Of a DNA stretch of 20,000 nucleotides, positions 7,671 through 17,165 are shown one piece after another. The first letter of the stretch is position 1, and every line of letters begins with the position of its first letter. A model generated the notes under the pieces. That model saw nothing but the letters and a program-made list of their open reading frames with translations, was not told the origin of the DNA and ran no database searches. Source of the stretch: an uncultured virus (IMG/VR IMGVR_UViG_3300044633_000831) (taxonomy: Duplodnaviria; Heunggongvirae; Uroviricota; Caudoviricetes); IMG/VR virus record IMGVR_UViG_3300044633_000831; one strand, written 5' to 3'. A program made the position numbers and the translations under genes.

Positions 7671-9104
7671 TTACAAATCTGCTTTTGGTTTAAGTACCTT
7701 TGATAAACTTTGACGTTCAGCTTCTCTATTATTAAACAGCATTACACGCCATGCACCATCGTACGGAATAGTAATTTGGGATTCGTCTACTATTGGTAAC
7801 GTTACTTTGATTTTGTTAACGCCATTAGAAATGTAAGGCGTGATTAACGTTGGATTATCTGCAATTACAAATTCTAAACGGGTAGCTGATAGTTTAATTA
7901 CAAGATATAAACCTTGTATTGAATAGTTAATATCAGTGTTAAATTCATAATCACCAACTTCTAGTCTTACATAATCTACAGCAACTTCGTCGTTGTACAT
8001 AAATTTAGAGTTATTAATAAATCCAGTTTTAAGTGTTTGTCTAGTATCAGTATTTGTCATAGTCATACGCACGTTATCTTCTACTTTTAGCCATCGTTGC
8101 CCGTTAAATGTAAACAATCTATTTGGTAAAAAGTCAAGTCTTAAATAATAATCATTTAATGCAGGTGCTTGCGGAAACGCAATTCCAGTTCCAAATACAT
8201 ACCCATTAGGTGGATATCCGTCACCAAATAAGTATCCGCTATAACCTGTTCTTAACGGTACTGCGTTAACACTGCTAACATTAATATTTGATAATCCGTT
8301 AATTGTTTGACTGCTATAACTAGCATCAATTGCATCGGAATCAACAGTAGTTAACAACGCGGCACCGGTTACTGGATCAGTTGCTAATGTATAATATTGT
8401 CTAACTTGGAATCCACTCATTGGTGAATCAAGTTCTGCTTGTTTTATAATTGCATCGTTAATTTCAAGTTCTTTAGTACGAGTGCTTAACAATTCACGTA
8501 GTGCATAATTTGAATCTTCCCCTGCAGGCTGATCAAGAATATCGGAATATTGCTGACTATCTGTAAGTTTTTTCAGTTTTAATCTATACAAATGCGGATA
8601 CCATGTAGCACTGTACCCCTCACTTGGACGATCTACTTCCTCAACTACAAAAAATCTAGGCATGCTTAAATCTAAGTCGTTTAATGCAAAATCATCTTTT
8701 AAATGCGGCAACTCCATAACATCACCTGCAATTAATTTGCGACCAATTGTAGTAATAATGTCGTTAATATGCACTGTCATAAACACTGTATCGTTATCAA
8801 TAAACAAACCAAACTGGCTTAAATTGAAATTAAGATTTTGAAGTTGATAATGACCACGAATACGATAAATTTCTTGTTCATACTTGCGATCACGGTTTTC
8901 TAAGAATAATAAATCTTGAATATTTGTTTCTTTTATTACATCATATATTGGTTGATCAGCAGTTCCTTCTAACGGATTTTTAGGTCCTAAATATTTATGA
9001 ACGTGGCAATCTGTGCAACCAACTTGAAACATCAATGATATTTGACGATCGATAAATCTGTAGTTATTGCCTTTCTCGGGTTTATAAAGACTAAGCCTCG
9101 GCAT
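7671..9104 (-). CDS. gp14: Neck/head-closure protein (T4 gp14-like) with C-terminal extension
   Basis: DLLFLENRDRKY, LSQFGLFIDNDTVFMTVH, GDVMELP and FFVVEEV...Y.LKLK fit the gp14 pattern. Lies between gp13 and gp15. AAGGAG RBS. Confidence 0.65.
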   Translation of the reverse strand: MPRLSLYKPEKGNNYRFIDRQISLMFQVGCTDCHVHKYLGPKNPLEGTADQPIYDVIKETNIQDLLFLENRDRKYEQEIYRIRGHYQLQNLNFNLSQFGLFIDNDTVFMTVHINDIITTIGRKLIAGDVMELPHLKDDFALNDLDLSMPRFFVVEEVDRPSEGYSATWYPHLYRLKLKKLTDSQQYSDILDQPAGEDSNYALRELLSTRTKELEINDAIIKQAELDSPMSGFQVRQYYTLATDPVTGAALLTTVDSDAIDASYSSQTINGLSNINVSSVNAVPLRTGYSGYLFGDGYPPNGYVFGTGIAFPQAPALNDYYLRLDFLPNRLFTFNGQRWLKVEDNVRMTMTNTDTRQTLKTGFINNSKFMYNDEVAVDYVRLEVGDYEFNTDINYSIQGLYLVIKLSATRLEFVIADNPTLITPYISNGVNKIKVTLPIVDESQITIPYDGAWRVMLFNNREAERQSLSKVLKPKADL

Positions 9105-9127
9105 ATTACTTCTCCTTGAGTGTTATC

Positions 9128-9149
9128 ATATTTATCGTAAGATAAATAT
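9128..9149. promoter_or_regulatory. Back-to-back divergent late promoters (GATAAATA on each strand) forming a 9-bp inverted repeat
   Basis: ATATTTATC-GTAA-GATAAATAT in the 60-bp gap between divergent gp14 and gp13. Each box is followed by an AGGAG RBS and an ATG. Confidence 0.8.
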
Positions 9150-9164
9150 AGTAGGAGAACTATT

Positions 9165-9935
9165 ATGTCTGACGAAACCACATCATTGATAGAAAGAAAT
9201 AAAGTATTTGAATATGTAAGCACTATGTTAGGTGCGGGAATGATTGATTTGGACCTCGACCCAATTCATTACGAAACTGCATTAGATAGAGCGTTAACTC
9301 GCTTTAGACAACGCAGTCCAAATGCAGTAGAAGAAAGTTATAGCTTTTTAGAACTAGTACAAGATCAAAACGATTACAGATTACCTGACGAAATTATAGA
9401 AGTACAGAGTGTATTTAGACGTGCTATTGGTTCACGTTCCGGTATGGGTGCAGGTGGAACATTGTTTGAACCATTTAATTTGGCGTATACTAATACATAC
9501 ATGATGAGTGGTAGTATGATGGGCGGACTTGCAACTTATGAATTGTTTGCAGGTTACCAAAAACTAGTTGGTAAAATGTTTGGTAGTTATATTGAGTTTA
9601 AATGGAAACCTACTAGTCATGTGTTGACAATCTTACAACGTCCATTTGCACAAGGTGAACAGATTTTAATTAAGTCACATAATTATCGACCTGACTTTGT
9701 ATTATTAACTGACATCTATGCTAAACAATGGTTGCGTGACTATACACTTGCAACTTGTAAAATTATGTTAGGAGAAGCACGTAGTTTATTTTCAACTATT
9801 GCAGGACCGGGTGGCGGAATTACACTAAACGGTAATGATATGAAATCTGCAGGTAAAGAAGAACTTGTTGCACTTGATAAAGAACTTGAAACACAAATAT
9901 CTGGCGGTCAAGGCTATCATTTTATAATTGGTTAA
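9165..9935 (+). CDS. gp13: Neck protein (T4 gp13-like)
   Basis: LGAGMIDLDLD...ALDRAL..F, WLRDYTLATCKIMLGEARS.F...GPGGGITLNG...EEL..L and terminal FIIG are gp13-type motifs. Confidence 0.85.
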   Translation: MSDETTSLIERNKVFEYVSTMLGAGMIDLDLDPIHYETALDRALTRFRQRSPNAVEESYSFLELVQDQNDYRLPDEIIEVQSVFRRAIGSRSGMGAGGTLFEPFNLAYTNTYMMSGSMMGGLATYELFAGYQKLVGKMFGSYIEFKWKPTSHVLTILQRPFAQGEQILIKSHNYRPDFVLLTDIYAKQWLRDYTLATCKIMLGEARSLFSTIAGPGGGITLNGNDMKSAGKEELVALDKELETQISGGQGYHFIIG

Positions 9936-9936
9936 C

Positions 9937-9965
9937 TTGACATTTTCCTAAGATGAGCGTATAAT
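9937..9965 (+). promoter_or_regulatory. Perfect sigma70-type promoter TTGACA-N17-TATAAT
   Basis: TTGACA 9937-9942, 17-bp spacer, TATAAT 9960-9965, AGGAG 9974-9978, ATG 9985. Confidence 0.9.
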
Positions 9966-9984
9966 GCGTTTTTAGGAGAATAAA

Positions 9985-10602
9985 ATGATAATTGGAATCG
10001 TAGGAAACATAGGTGAAGGCAAAGACACTATTGCTGATTACTTAGTAAGTAACTATAACTTTAAACGTGAAAGTTTTGCAGGTACTTTAAAAGATGCAGT
10101 GTCTGCAGTGTTTGGATGGGACAGAGAATTACTTGAAGGTAGAACTAAAGAGTCTCGAGAATGGCGTGAACAAGTTGACACATGGTGGGAAGATAGATTA
10201 GGTATGGTTGGATTAACTCCTAGATTAATTTTACAGCTGTGGGGTACTGAAGTATGTAGACGTGGCTTTCATGACGATATTTGGGTTGCTAGTTTAGAAA
10301 ACAAATTACGTAATGTAGGTACTGATGTAGTTATAAGCGATTGTAGATTTCCTAACGAGTTTGATACTATTAAGAACTTAGGTGGTATTATTGTTCGAGT
10401 AAAAAGAAGTCTAGATCCGGAATGGCATTTACATGCTAAGGGTGCATCAGCCGGTAACATAGAAGATATTTTAATGTTAAAAGAGTTCGGAATCCACGAA
10501 AGTGAATGGGCATGGTATGGTTTAGAAGTAGATCATATAATTGATAATACCGGCACATTAGACGAGTTGTACGCAAAAGTAACCAAAATAGTTAAGATAT
10601 AA
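9985..10602 (+). CDS. gp1: Deoxynucleoside monophosphate kinase (T4 gp1-like)
   Basis: P-loop IIGIVGNIGEGKDT, SFAGTLKD, TPRLILQLWGTEVCR, VVISDCRFPNE, IHESE, IDNTGTLDEL. Confidence 0.92.
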   Translation: MIIGIVGNIGEGKDTIADYLVSNYNFKRESFAGTLKDAVSAVFGWDRELLEGRTKESREWREQVDTWWEDRLGMVGLTPRLILQLWGTEVCRRGFHDDIWVASLENKLRNVGTDVVISDCRFPNEFDTIKNLGGIIVRVKRSLDPEWHLHAKGASAGNIEDILMLKEFGIHESEWAWYGLEVDHIIDNTGTLDELYAKVTKIVKI

Positions 10603-10623
10603 CGCCATAAAATTACAATTTAC

Positions 10624-10631
10624 TATAAATA
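10624..10631 (+). promoter_or_regulatory. T4-type late promoter box TATAAATA
   Basis: Exact consensus in the gap upstream of the sheath gene. Confidence 0.8.
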
Positions 10632-10664
10632 CAGTTAGAACTTGTATATATGGAGATTATAATT

Positions 10665-13600
10665 ATGGCTCAACTTAGTTCACCAGGCGTTAGCGTATCT
10701 GTTATTGATGAAAGTTTTTACACAGTATCCAACGCCGGTACAATACCTTTAATTTTTGTCGCTTCTGCTTCAAATAAATTAACAGGGTCTGGAACAGGCT
10801 TTGCTCCAGGCACTCTAGCAAAAAATGACGGTAAGGTATATTTACTTACAAGTCAAAAAGATTTAGTGGACACATTCGGCACTCCAATTTTTAAAACCGA
10901 TACAAACAACAATCCAATTCACGCTGGCGAGCAAAACGAATACGGTTTGCAAGCTGCGTATAGTTTCTTAGGTGTAAGTAATCGTGCATATGTTGCGCGT
11001 GCAAGTGTTGATTTATCTCAACTTAATGCTACGGCAGTAATGCCATCTAGTGATCCAGTTGACGGCGCAGTTTGGTTAAACACAGCTTCTACACGTTGGG
11101 GCGTATTTGAATGGAATGGCTATGATGCAACGTATGTTGACGGGCAAACATTTAAAAATGTAGTACCATTAGTTATTACTGAGTTAACACAAGTTGAAAC
11201 ACTTGGAAATGGAAGCATTGCTCCTAAATCAAGTGTTGGGTTAACTGGTTCATACGCAATTGTTGCAGTATCAAGTCTTAATAAATTGTGGTACAAAAAA
11301 TACGCAACGAACACAGCTGCTGGTAATTGGGTAGAAGTTGGTTCATCTGAGTGGAAAGCAAGCCGCCCAACTGTTATCGGTTCAGGTTCTGCTGTTGAAT
11401 TAGATATTCTTTTAGATGGATTTATTCTAAATGGAGTTGAAATTGCACTTGATACCGTAGGTAGTACAATTACTACTTTTGCAGGATTAGTTGCTGCAAT
11501 TAATGCTAACACTGCTCTTGCATCTGACGGCGTTACCGCTGCATTGATTAACAACAAACTTGAAATTTATTCAACAGGTGTAGATATTACTTTTGCTGAT
11601 ACTCAAACACTTACTGCTAGTAAACTCGGTGTTACTATTGCTAAACCGTATGTAGCACCTGCATTACAAATTTCAGCACACACAGCTGTTCCGTTGTTCA
11701 AAATAAAAGATAATACCGATACAGTTAGCAACAGACCGTCGGGATCTATTTGGATTAAAACAACTGCAATTAATAATGGCGCTGATTTTATCATTAATAC
11801 ATACAAAACGGCTTCAAAATCGTGGATTCCTTCAACAGTTTCTGTATACCCAACAGGTGCTGCTGCGTTAGCAGGGTTAGATCCAACAGGTGGTGGTTTG
11901 CACATTGCAGGTAGCACTTATTATGTTAAATCTAACGAAACACAAGACTCACCAAATCCGCTTGCAACATTTACAGTATATCGTCGTAGCGGCGTAGGTG
12001 CTACTAGAATTGAATCTGAAGACATTAGTGTTACTAATTTTCCAGGTGGTAGTGGTACTGCAGGTGACTATTCGTTTAACTTGTATGAAAGCGTAGTAGG
12101 TTCTTCAACATTAAAAAGCAGAGTAGTTTCATTCCATATTAATGCAGATACATCAACTTCTGCTATTATTGATATTATCTTAAGTGCAATTAACACACCG
12201 TCAACTACTTCAAACGTGTCTGCAGTACATGTAGGTACTTCAAAAATTGCTATTATTCATGCAACTGGTGGTGACATTGAATTCCAAGACTTAACAAATA
12301 GTCCAATTAGTGCGTTGTTTTCTACAACAACTACACCAAACTTCTATGAACATTCAAATGGATTATGGTTTATTGCTAGCTTATGGACAAAATTTACATC
12401 TAATAAAACATCATCATTTATTACTCCAAAATCTACACAGCCAACTGCTGGACCATCTAATGGCCAATTGTGGTATGATTCAAAAATTGAAGAAGTTGAT
12501 ATTATGGCACACAATGGTACTACTTGGGTAGCTTATCGTAACTATAACCCAGGTGACGGATTATCATCTACAGATGCATCTGGACCAATTGTAAGTCCAA
12601 CTCGTCCTCTTTATCAAAAAAATGGAGATGATTTAGTTAATGGTGATTTGTGGATTGATTCTTCAGATACTGACAACTACCCAACGATTTATAAATTTAA
12701 CTCGTATACTATGGTATGGGATTTAGTTGATAAAACTGATCAATCTACAGAAAATGGTATTTTGTTTGCTGATGCAAGATGGGATACATCTGGTACTACA
12801 GACACTCCTGCAACAATCACTGCGTTGTTAGGCGGACTTAACCTACCAGTAGACGAAAGAAACGCAGCTAACTTCTTAGACTTCGATGCACCAAATCCTG
12901 CATTATATCCAAAAGGTATGTTGTTATGGAATTTGCGTAGAAGCGGATTTAATGTTAAAAGATTACACACAAACTATGTTAACAGATTAACCCGTAACAC
13001 TAGATATAATAACGAAAGTATGGGATTGTATTATACATCTCGTTGGGTATCTGAAGCAGCTAATAACGAAGATGGGTCAGGTGCATTTGGTCGTATTGCA
13101 CAACGTAAAGTTGTAGTACAGTCATTGCAAGCGTTAGTTAATGCAAATCAACAAATTCGTGAAGAAGAAAGAGTTCTTAATTTAATTGCAGCACCTGGTT
13201 ATCCAGAGTTAGTAGGCGAATTAAAAATCTTAAATTATGATCGTGGTATTACTGCGTTTGTACTTGCTGACGCACCTGCTCGTTTAACTGCTGATGCTAC
13301 TTCTTTAAGTAACTGGGGTAACAACACAAATGTTGCAGTTGAAGATAATGATCATGGTTTAGTATCGGCTGATCCGTATATGGCGTTCTTTTATCCATGG
13401 GGTTATTCAAGTGACAATATTGGAAACAACATTGTTGTTCCACCAACTTATATGATGTTACGTACAATTGCGTTAAGTGATAATATTAGTTATCCTTGGT
13501 TTGCGCCAGCTGGAACATCTAGAGGTGTTATTAACAATGCAACAGCGGTTGGATATGTAGACAGCGAAGGTGAATTTAAAACAGTTGCATTAAACGGCGG

Positions 13601-14030
13601 CCAACGTGATACATTAGCTAGCATCAAAGTTAACGCGCTTACATCTATTGCAGGTTCTGGTGTAGTTAATATGGGACAATACACTCGTGCTTCGGCAGCA
13701 AGTGCATTAGACCGCATTAACGTTGCACGTTTAGTAGTTCATTTACGTAGAAAATTTGCATTATTAGCTAGACCATATTTATTTGAACCAAATGATGATG
13801 CAACTCGTAAACAAATTAAACATGCTGCAGAATCTATGTTAATTGAATTAATGGGCCAACGTGCAATTTACGATTATATTGTAGTGTGTGATAGTTCTAA
13901 TAATACACCGGATAGAGTCGATCGTAGCGAACTATGGCTTGATGTTGCAATCGAACCAACAAAAGCTGTGGAATTTATTTACATTCCATTGCGTTTGAAA
14001 AATACTGGCGAACTTAAAGGTCTAGGATAA
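10665..14030 (+). CDS. gp18: Contractile tail sheath protein (T4 gp18-like), about 1121 aa with large insertion
   Basis: Likely start ATG 10665 (GGAG at 10652-10655). N-terminal LSSPGVSVSVIDES. C-terminal PWFAPAG..RG, RINVARL, LFEPND, VVCDSSNNT, IEPTKAVEFIYI. Confidence 0.95.
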   Translation: MAQLSSPGVSVSVIDESFYTVSNAGTIPLIFVASASNKLTGSGTGFAPGTLAKNDGKVYLLTSQKDLVDTFGTPIFKTDTNNNPIHAGEQNEYGLQAAYSFLGVSNRAYVARASVDLSQLNATAVMPSSDPVDGAVWLNTASTRWGVFEWNGYDATYVDGQTFKNVVPLVITELTQVETLGNGSIAPKSSVGLTGSYAIVAVSSLNKLWYKKYATNTAAGNWVEVGSSEWKASRPTVIGSGSAVELDILLDGFILNGVEIALDTVGSTITTFAGLVAAINANTALASDGVTAALINNKLEIYSTGVDITFADTQTLTASKLGVTIAKPYVAPALQISAHTAVPLFKIKDNTDTVSNRPSGSIWIKTTAINNGADFIINTYKTASKSWIPSTVSVYPTGAAALAGLDPTGGGLHIAGSTYYVKSNETQDSPNPLATFTVYRRSGVGATRIESEDISVTNFPGGSGTAGDYSFNLYESVVGSSTLKSRVVSFHINADTSTSAIIDIILSAINTPSTTSNVSAVHVGTSKIAIIHATGGDIEFQDLTNSPISALFSTTTTPNFYEHSNGLWFIASLWTKFTSNKTSSFITPKSTQPTAGPSNGQLWYDSKIEEVDIMAHNGTTWVAYRNYNPGDGLSSTDASGPIVSPTRPLYQKNGDDLVNGDLWIDSSDTDNYPTIYKFNSYTMVWDLVDKTDQSTENGILFADARWDTSGTTDTPATITALLGGLNLPVDERNAANFLDFDAPNPALYPKGMLLWNLRRSGFNVKRLHTNYVNRLTRNTRYNNESMGLYYTSRWVSEAANNEDGSGAFGRIAQRKVVVQSLQALVNANQQIREEERVLNLIAAPGYPELVGELKILNYDRGITAFVLADAPARLTADATSLSNWGNNTNVAVEDNDHGLVSADPYMAFFYPWGYSSDNIGNNIVVPPTYMMLRTIALSDNISYPWFAPAGTSRGVINNATAVGYVDSEGEFKTVALNGGQRDTLASIKVNALTSIAGSGVVNMGQYTRASAASALDRINVARLVVHLRRKFALLARPYLFEPNDDATRKQIKHAAESMLIELMGQRAIYDYIVVCDSSNNTPDRVDRSELWLDVAIEPTKAVEFIYIPLRLKNTGELKGLG

Positions 14031-14042
14031 GGAGAGAGAAAT

Positions 14043-14678
14043 ATGTCAATTGCATCATTATCACACTTTTCAGTCCCTATAAACGGGGGTGATAACACAG
14101 GCATGTTAATGCCTAAATTAAAATATCGATTTAAAGTAACATTTGATGGCTTAGGTATATCAGCTGATACTACTGAGTTAACAAAACAAATAGTCGAAGC
14201 GGCTAGACCGACAGCTACGTTTCCTGATCAAAAAATTGATGTATACAATAGTGTCATCCATTATGCAGGTAAACCAAACTGGGGCACAGTTGCTGTTAAA
14301 CTACGTGACGATTCGACTGGCGTAGTTAACAAAATTGTTGGCGAACAAAACCAAAAACAATTTGATTTCTTTGAACAAAGTTCAGCTGCAGCAGCAGGTG
14401 ATTATAAATTTAAAATGACAATTCAAATGCTAGATGGTGGTAACGCTGGTAACTTCTCAGAAGCAAACGTATTAGAAACATGGGAATGCTATGGTTGTTA
14501 TATTACTACAACTACATTTGGTGCGTTAGCGTATGCTGATGCAGGTACAGGTATGACGATTGATTTAGTAATCCAACCTGATAACTGTGTTCAAATCGTT
14601 GGCGGCGGCATTGGCGCAACTGATACTGCAAGAAACCCCGGCACTAGTGCTGTGGGCGGAACTGGTACTGCTGTGTAA
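14043..14678 (+). CDS. gp19: Tail tube protein (T4 gp19-like)
   Basis: Directly after the sheath gene. PKLKYRFKVTF, HYAGKPNW..VAVKLRDD, ETWECYGCY. AAGGAG RBS. Confidence 0.85.
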   Translation: MSIASLSHFSVPINGGDNTGMLMPKLKYRFKVTFDGLGISADTTELTKQIVEAARPTATFPDQKIDVYNSVIHYAGKPNWGTVAVKLRDDSTGVVNKIVGEQNQKQFDFFEQSSAAAAGDYKFKMTIQMLDGGNAGNFSEANVLETWECYGCYITTTTFGALAYADAGTGMTIDLVIQPDNCVQIVGGGIGATDTARNPGTSAVGGTGTAV

Positions 14679-14697
14679 TACAGCTCTACATAATAAT

Positions 14698-14724
14698 AAA
14701 AAGCCCGTGTATGCGGGCTTTTTT
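14698..14724 (+). terminator. Rho-independent terminator after the tail tube gene
   Basis: AAAAAGCCCG-TGTATG-CGGGCTTTTTT: GC stem with T-tract. The upstream A-tract could make it bidirectional. Confidence 0.85.
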
Positions 14725-14759
14725 ATGACTAAAATATAAACTATACACTTTATGAAATA

Positions 14760-14767
14760 GATAAATA
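14760..14767 (+). promoter_or_regulatory. Late promoter box GATAAATA
   Basis: Follows the terminator; 5 nt before ATG 14773. Confidence 0.7.
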
Positions 14768-14772
14768 TATGT

Positions 14773-15828
14773 ATGGCATACGCAGATAATAACCTTATAA
14801 AAACAGATCCATTTCAACAAATAAGATGTCAACAACACGCGTCTAGGACGTTTGTTGACGACAGTTTTAGATTACTTCCAAAAAACAAGTTCTTATTCCA
14901 CGTTGCATTTAATATCAACTGGCCGGCATTTAAGGGTAAAAATCTTAATTTTAGTTTACTAGAAACTCTTAAAGACGAAATTAACTTATTAGTTAAGTCA
15001 GTTGATTTACCTGCATATACGGTTACCCACGAAACATTAAATCAATACAATAGAAAGAAAGTAGTTCAGTGTCAGCACAAGTACGGCGAGTCATCAATTT
15101 CATTTCATGATGACAACATGGGATTAATAAATCAATTATGGCAAGCATACTACAAATATCATTATTCTGACCCAACAGTTGCAACTGCAAAGGGTGCATA
15201 CAATAAAACTGCAACTAAACCGTCATCGTATATTAAAAATCCATACGGTTATAACGGCCGAATTGCACCATTTTTTAATTACATTACTATATACCAAATG
15301 GCTAGACATGAATATGTTAGTTATACATTAGTTAACCCAATTATTACATCGTGGACTGGTGGAAAGGTTGCTTATTCGGAAACTTCTTCATCGCACGGAT
15401 TTGAAATGAAACTTGCATATGAAGCAGTATCGTACGATACTGGATATGTAGACTCTGGAAGAATGGAAGGGTTTGGATCGTCTCATTACGATTGGACTCC
15501 GTCACCATTAACAACTGATCAGTCGTTAGATATTAACACATCAACATCACCATCATTTGCTAGAACAGGCGGGTTTGGCTCATCTGACTCTACATCAGCA
15601 ACTAACACTAATAATACTACTGCTGCTCAGAAATCTGCAGCTGCTAGTAAAAGTGCTGCATTTAATAACGCAGCATCGGGACTTACAACCGGCAGTTTAC
15701 AAGGAGTCTCTCTTCCGCAATCGTCAGCATTATCAAGAACCCAAGCAGCGCAAGTTAATTTGTTGCAGACAGTAGTACCAAGAACAACAACTAACACTAT
15801 TGCTCCAGAATATACCGTAGGACAATAA
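14773..15828 (+). CDS. Tail-tube-fold baseplate/tube initiator protein (gp54/gp48-like)
   Basis: PKNKFLFHVAF, LLVKSVDLPAYTV.....NQYNRK and ISFHDD parallel the tube motifs. YTLVNPIITSW, MKLAYE. Ser/Thr/Ala-rich tail. Confidence 0.6.
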   Translation: MAYADNNLIKTDPFQQIRCQQHASRTFVDDSFRLLPKNKFLFHVAFNINWPAFKGKNLNFSLLETLKDEINLLVKSVDLPAYTVTHETLNQYNRKKVVQCQHKYGESSISFHDDNMGLINQLWQAYYKYHYSDPTVATAKGAYNKTATKPSSYIKNPYGYNGRIAPFFNYITIYQMARHEYVSYTLVNPIITSWTGGKVAYSETSSSHGFEMKLAYEAVSYDTGYVDSGRMEGFGSSHYDWTPSPLTTDQSLDINTSTSPSFARTGGFGSSDSTSATNTNNTTAAQKSAAASKSAAFNNAASGLTTGSLQGVSLPQSSALSRTQAAQVNLLQTVVPRTTTNTIAPEYTVGQ

Positions 15829-15830
15829 CA

Positions 15831-16199
15831 ATGATTACTAATTTACCAACTCCGGCCCAAGCAGCTAGCGAAACTGAAATTAAACAATTCTTTGATAAAT
15901 TTTATACAACTGAAGTATCATTTCCTGCTGCAGAAATTGATGCAGTAATTGGTTTTTTTCAACGTCGTGAATTTGATATTACGAGTGCTAGATCTATTGC
16001 AATCGTACTTTTAAATCAAGCTAGATCTGATGACGTAAATGTGTTTACGTTATTAGAAACTCTTAAATCTATACCAACTATGCAACTGTCGTCAGTAGTT
16101 GCTCAAATTTTAAATTCATATCGAGAAAAAACAAGTTTAGTTGGCTATCGCACTAGTATAAGTGATAACTCGTACGAAACGAGAAATATCTTAGTATGA
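15831..16199 (+). CDS. Hypothetical protein
   Basis: AGGA RBS. Tightly packed, with ATGA overlap into gp4. No recognised motif. Confidence 0.6.
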   Translation: MITNLPTPAQAASETEIKQFFDKFYTTEVSFPAAEIDAVIGFFQRREFDITSARSIAIVLLNQARSDDVNVFTLLETLKSIPTMQLSSVVAQILNSYREKTSLVGYRTSISDNSYETRNILV

Positions 16200-16636
16200 G
16201 CAGTCGTAAATTTGCTAAAGGTAAATACACACCTAAAAATCCAGGAAAGTATGTAGGAACGAAAACTCCATATTACAGAAGCTCATGGGAAATGAGTTTT
16301 ATGAATATGTGCGATACTAATCCTGCTATACAAAAGTGGGCAAGCGAAGCAATAACTATACCATATAGAGATCCATTAACTAATCGTAATACAATTTATC
16401 TTCCAGATTTTTTTATACAATACATAGATAAAAATCATATTATTCACAACGAAGTAATTGAAATAAAACCCGCAAGTCAACACATATTAGAACGTGTTGG
16501 TAAAAACAAATACAACCAAGCACAGTATATTAAAAATCAAGCTAAATGGGCAGCAGCAATGTCCTACTGTAAACAGAATGGGTTAGTATTTAGAGTCATA
16601 AATGAAAATGATATTTTTCATAACGGTTCTAAATAA
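16196..16636 (+). CDS. gp4: Head completion nuclease (T4 gp4-like, TnsA-like PD-(D/E)XK fold)
   Basis: GKYTPKNPGKYVG, YRSSWE, WASE.I.IPY, YLPDF, IEIKP, NQAKWAAA, FRVINE. Confidence 0.92.
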   Translation: MSSRKFAKGKYTPKNPGKYVGTKTPYYRSSWEMSFMNMCDTNPAIQKWASEAITIPYRDPLTNRNTIYLPDFFIQYIDKNHIIHNEVIEIKPASQHILERVGKNKYNQAQYIKNQAKWAAAMSYCKQNGLVFRVINENDIFHNGSK

Positions 16637-16644
16637 CTTAAATA
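16629..16644 (+). promoter_or_regulatory. Variant late promoter boxes CTAAATA / TTAAATA
   Basis: Two TAAATA cores upstream of the GAGG RBS and ATG 16668. Confidence 0.45.
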
Positions 16645-16667
16645 GTTATACTATATGAGGATAATTC

Positions 16668-17144
16668 ATGACCCGCAAATTGGAAGAGCTCCTAAACTTA
16701 CCAGAAAGTAAAACAATTATAAAAGACGATACACCTGCCCCACCACCTGCTACTGTTCCTCTATTTAGAAATATGGATGAATTTGACAAAATATCTGCGG
16801 CATTACCTCAAGTAAAAGGCCTAGGCGATATTAGTGATTCTGAGTTTGATGCGCTAGCACAGCGTGCAACTGATGCATATGACGACTTAATGGATTTAGG
16901 AATGAATGTTGAAGCACGGTATAGCGGCCGCGTATTTGAAGTAGCAGCAAGTATGCTTAAAAATGCAATTGATGCAAAATCTGCTAAAATAGATAAAAAA
17001 CTTAAAATGATTGATCTTCAACTTAAAAAACAAAAGTTAGACAGTGATACACATCCTGAAGATACTGGCGTTAACATTCAAGGTGACGGCTATATTGTTA
17101 CAGATAGGAATAGTCTTATCGAAAAATTAAAGAATATGAAATAA
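16668..17144 (+). CDS. Probable terminase small subunit (gp16-like)
   Basis: Helical AYDDLMDLG...RVFEVAASMLKNAIDAK..KLKMIDLQLKKQK and C-terminal IVTDRNSLIEKLK resemble T4-like TerS. Size and position upstream of terL fit. Confidence 0.55.
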   Translation: MTRKLEELLNLPESKTIIKDDTPAPPPATVPLFRNMDEFDKISAALPQVKGLGDISDSEFDALAQRATDAYDDLMDLGMNVEARYSGRVFEVAASMLKNAIDAKSAKIDKKLKMIDLQLKKQKLDSDTHPEDTGVNIQGDGYIVTDRNSLIEKLKNMK

Positions 17145-17147
17145 ATA
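17141..17147 (+). promoter_or_regulatory. Late promoter box ATAAATA
   Basis: Overlaps the stop of the previous gene; upstream of the AAGGA RBS and ATG 17166. Confidence 0.6.
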
Positions 17148-17165
17148 TAGTATCAAGGATATATT

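Noticed and set aside
8992..13782. Intragenic ATAAATA matches on the minus strand (8992-8998, 13776-13782)
   Set aside because: Inside coding sequence with no nearby downstream start; expected by chance in AT-rich DNA.
16196..16636. TnsA-like transposase indicating a Tn7 element
   Set aside because: Motifs and context match the T4 gp4 head-completion nuclease, which shares that fold; no other transposition genes or ends are present.
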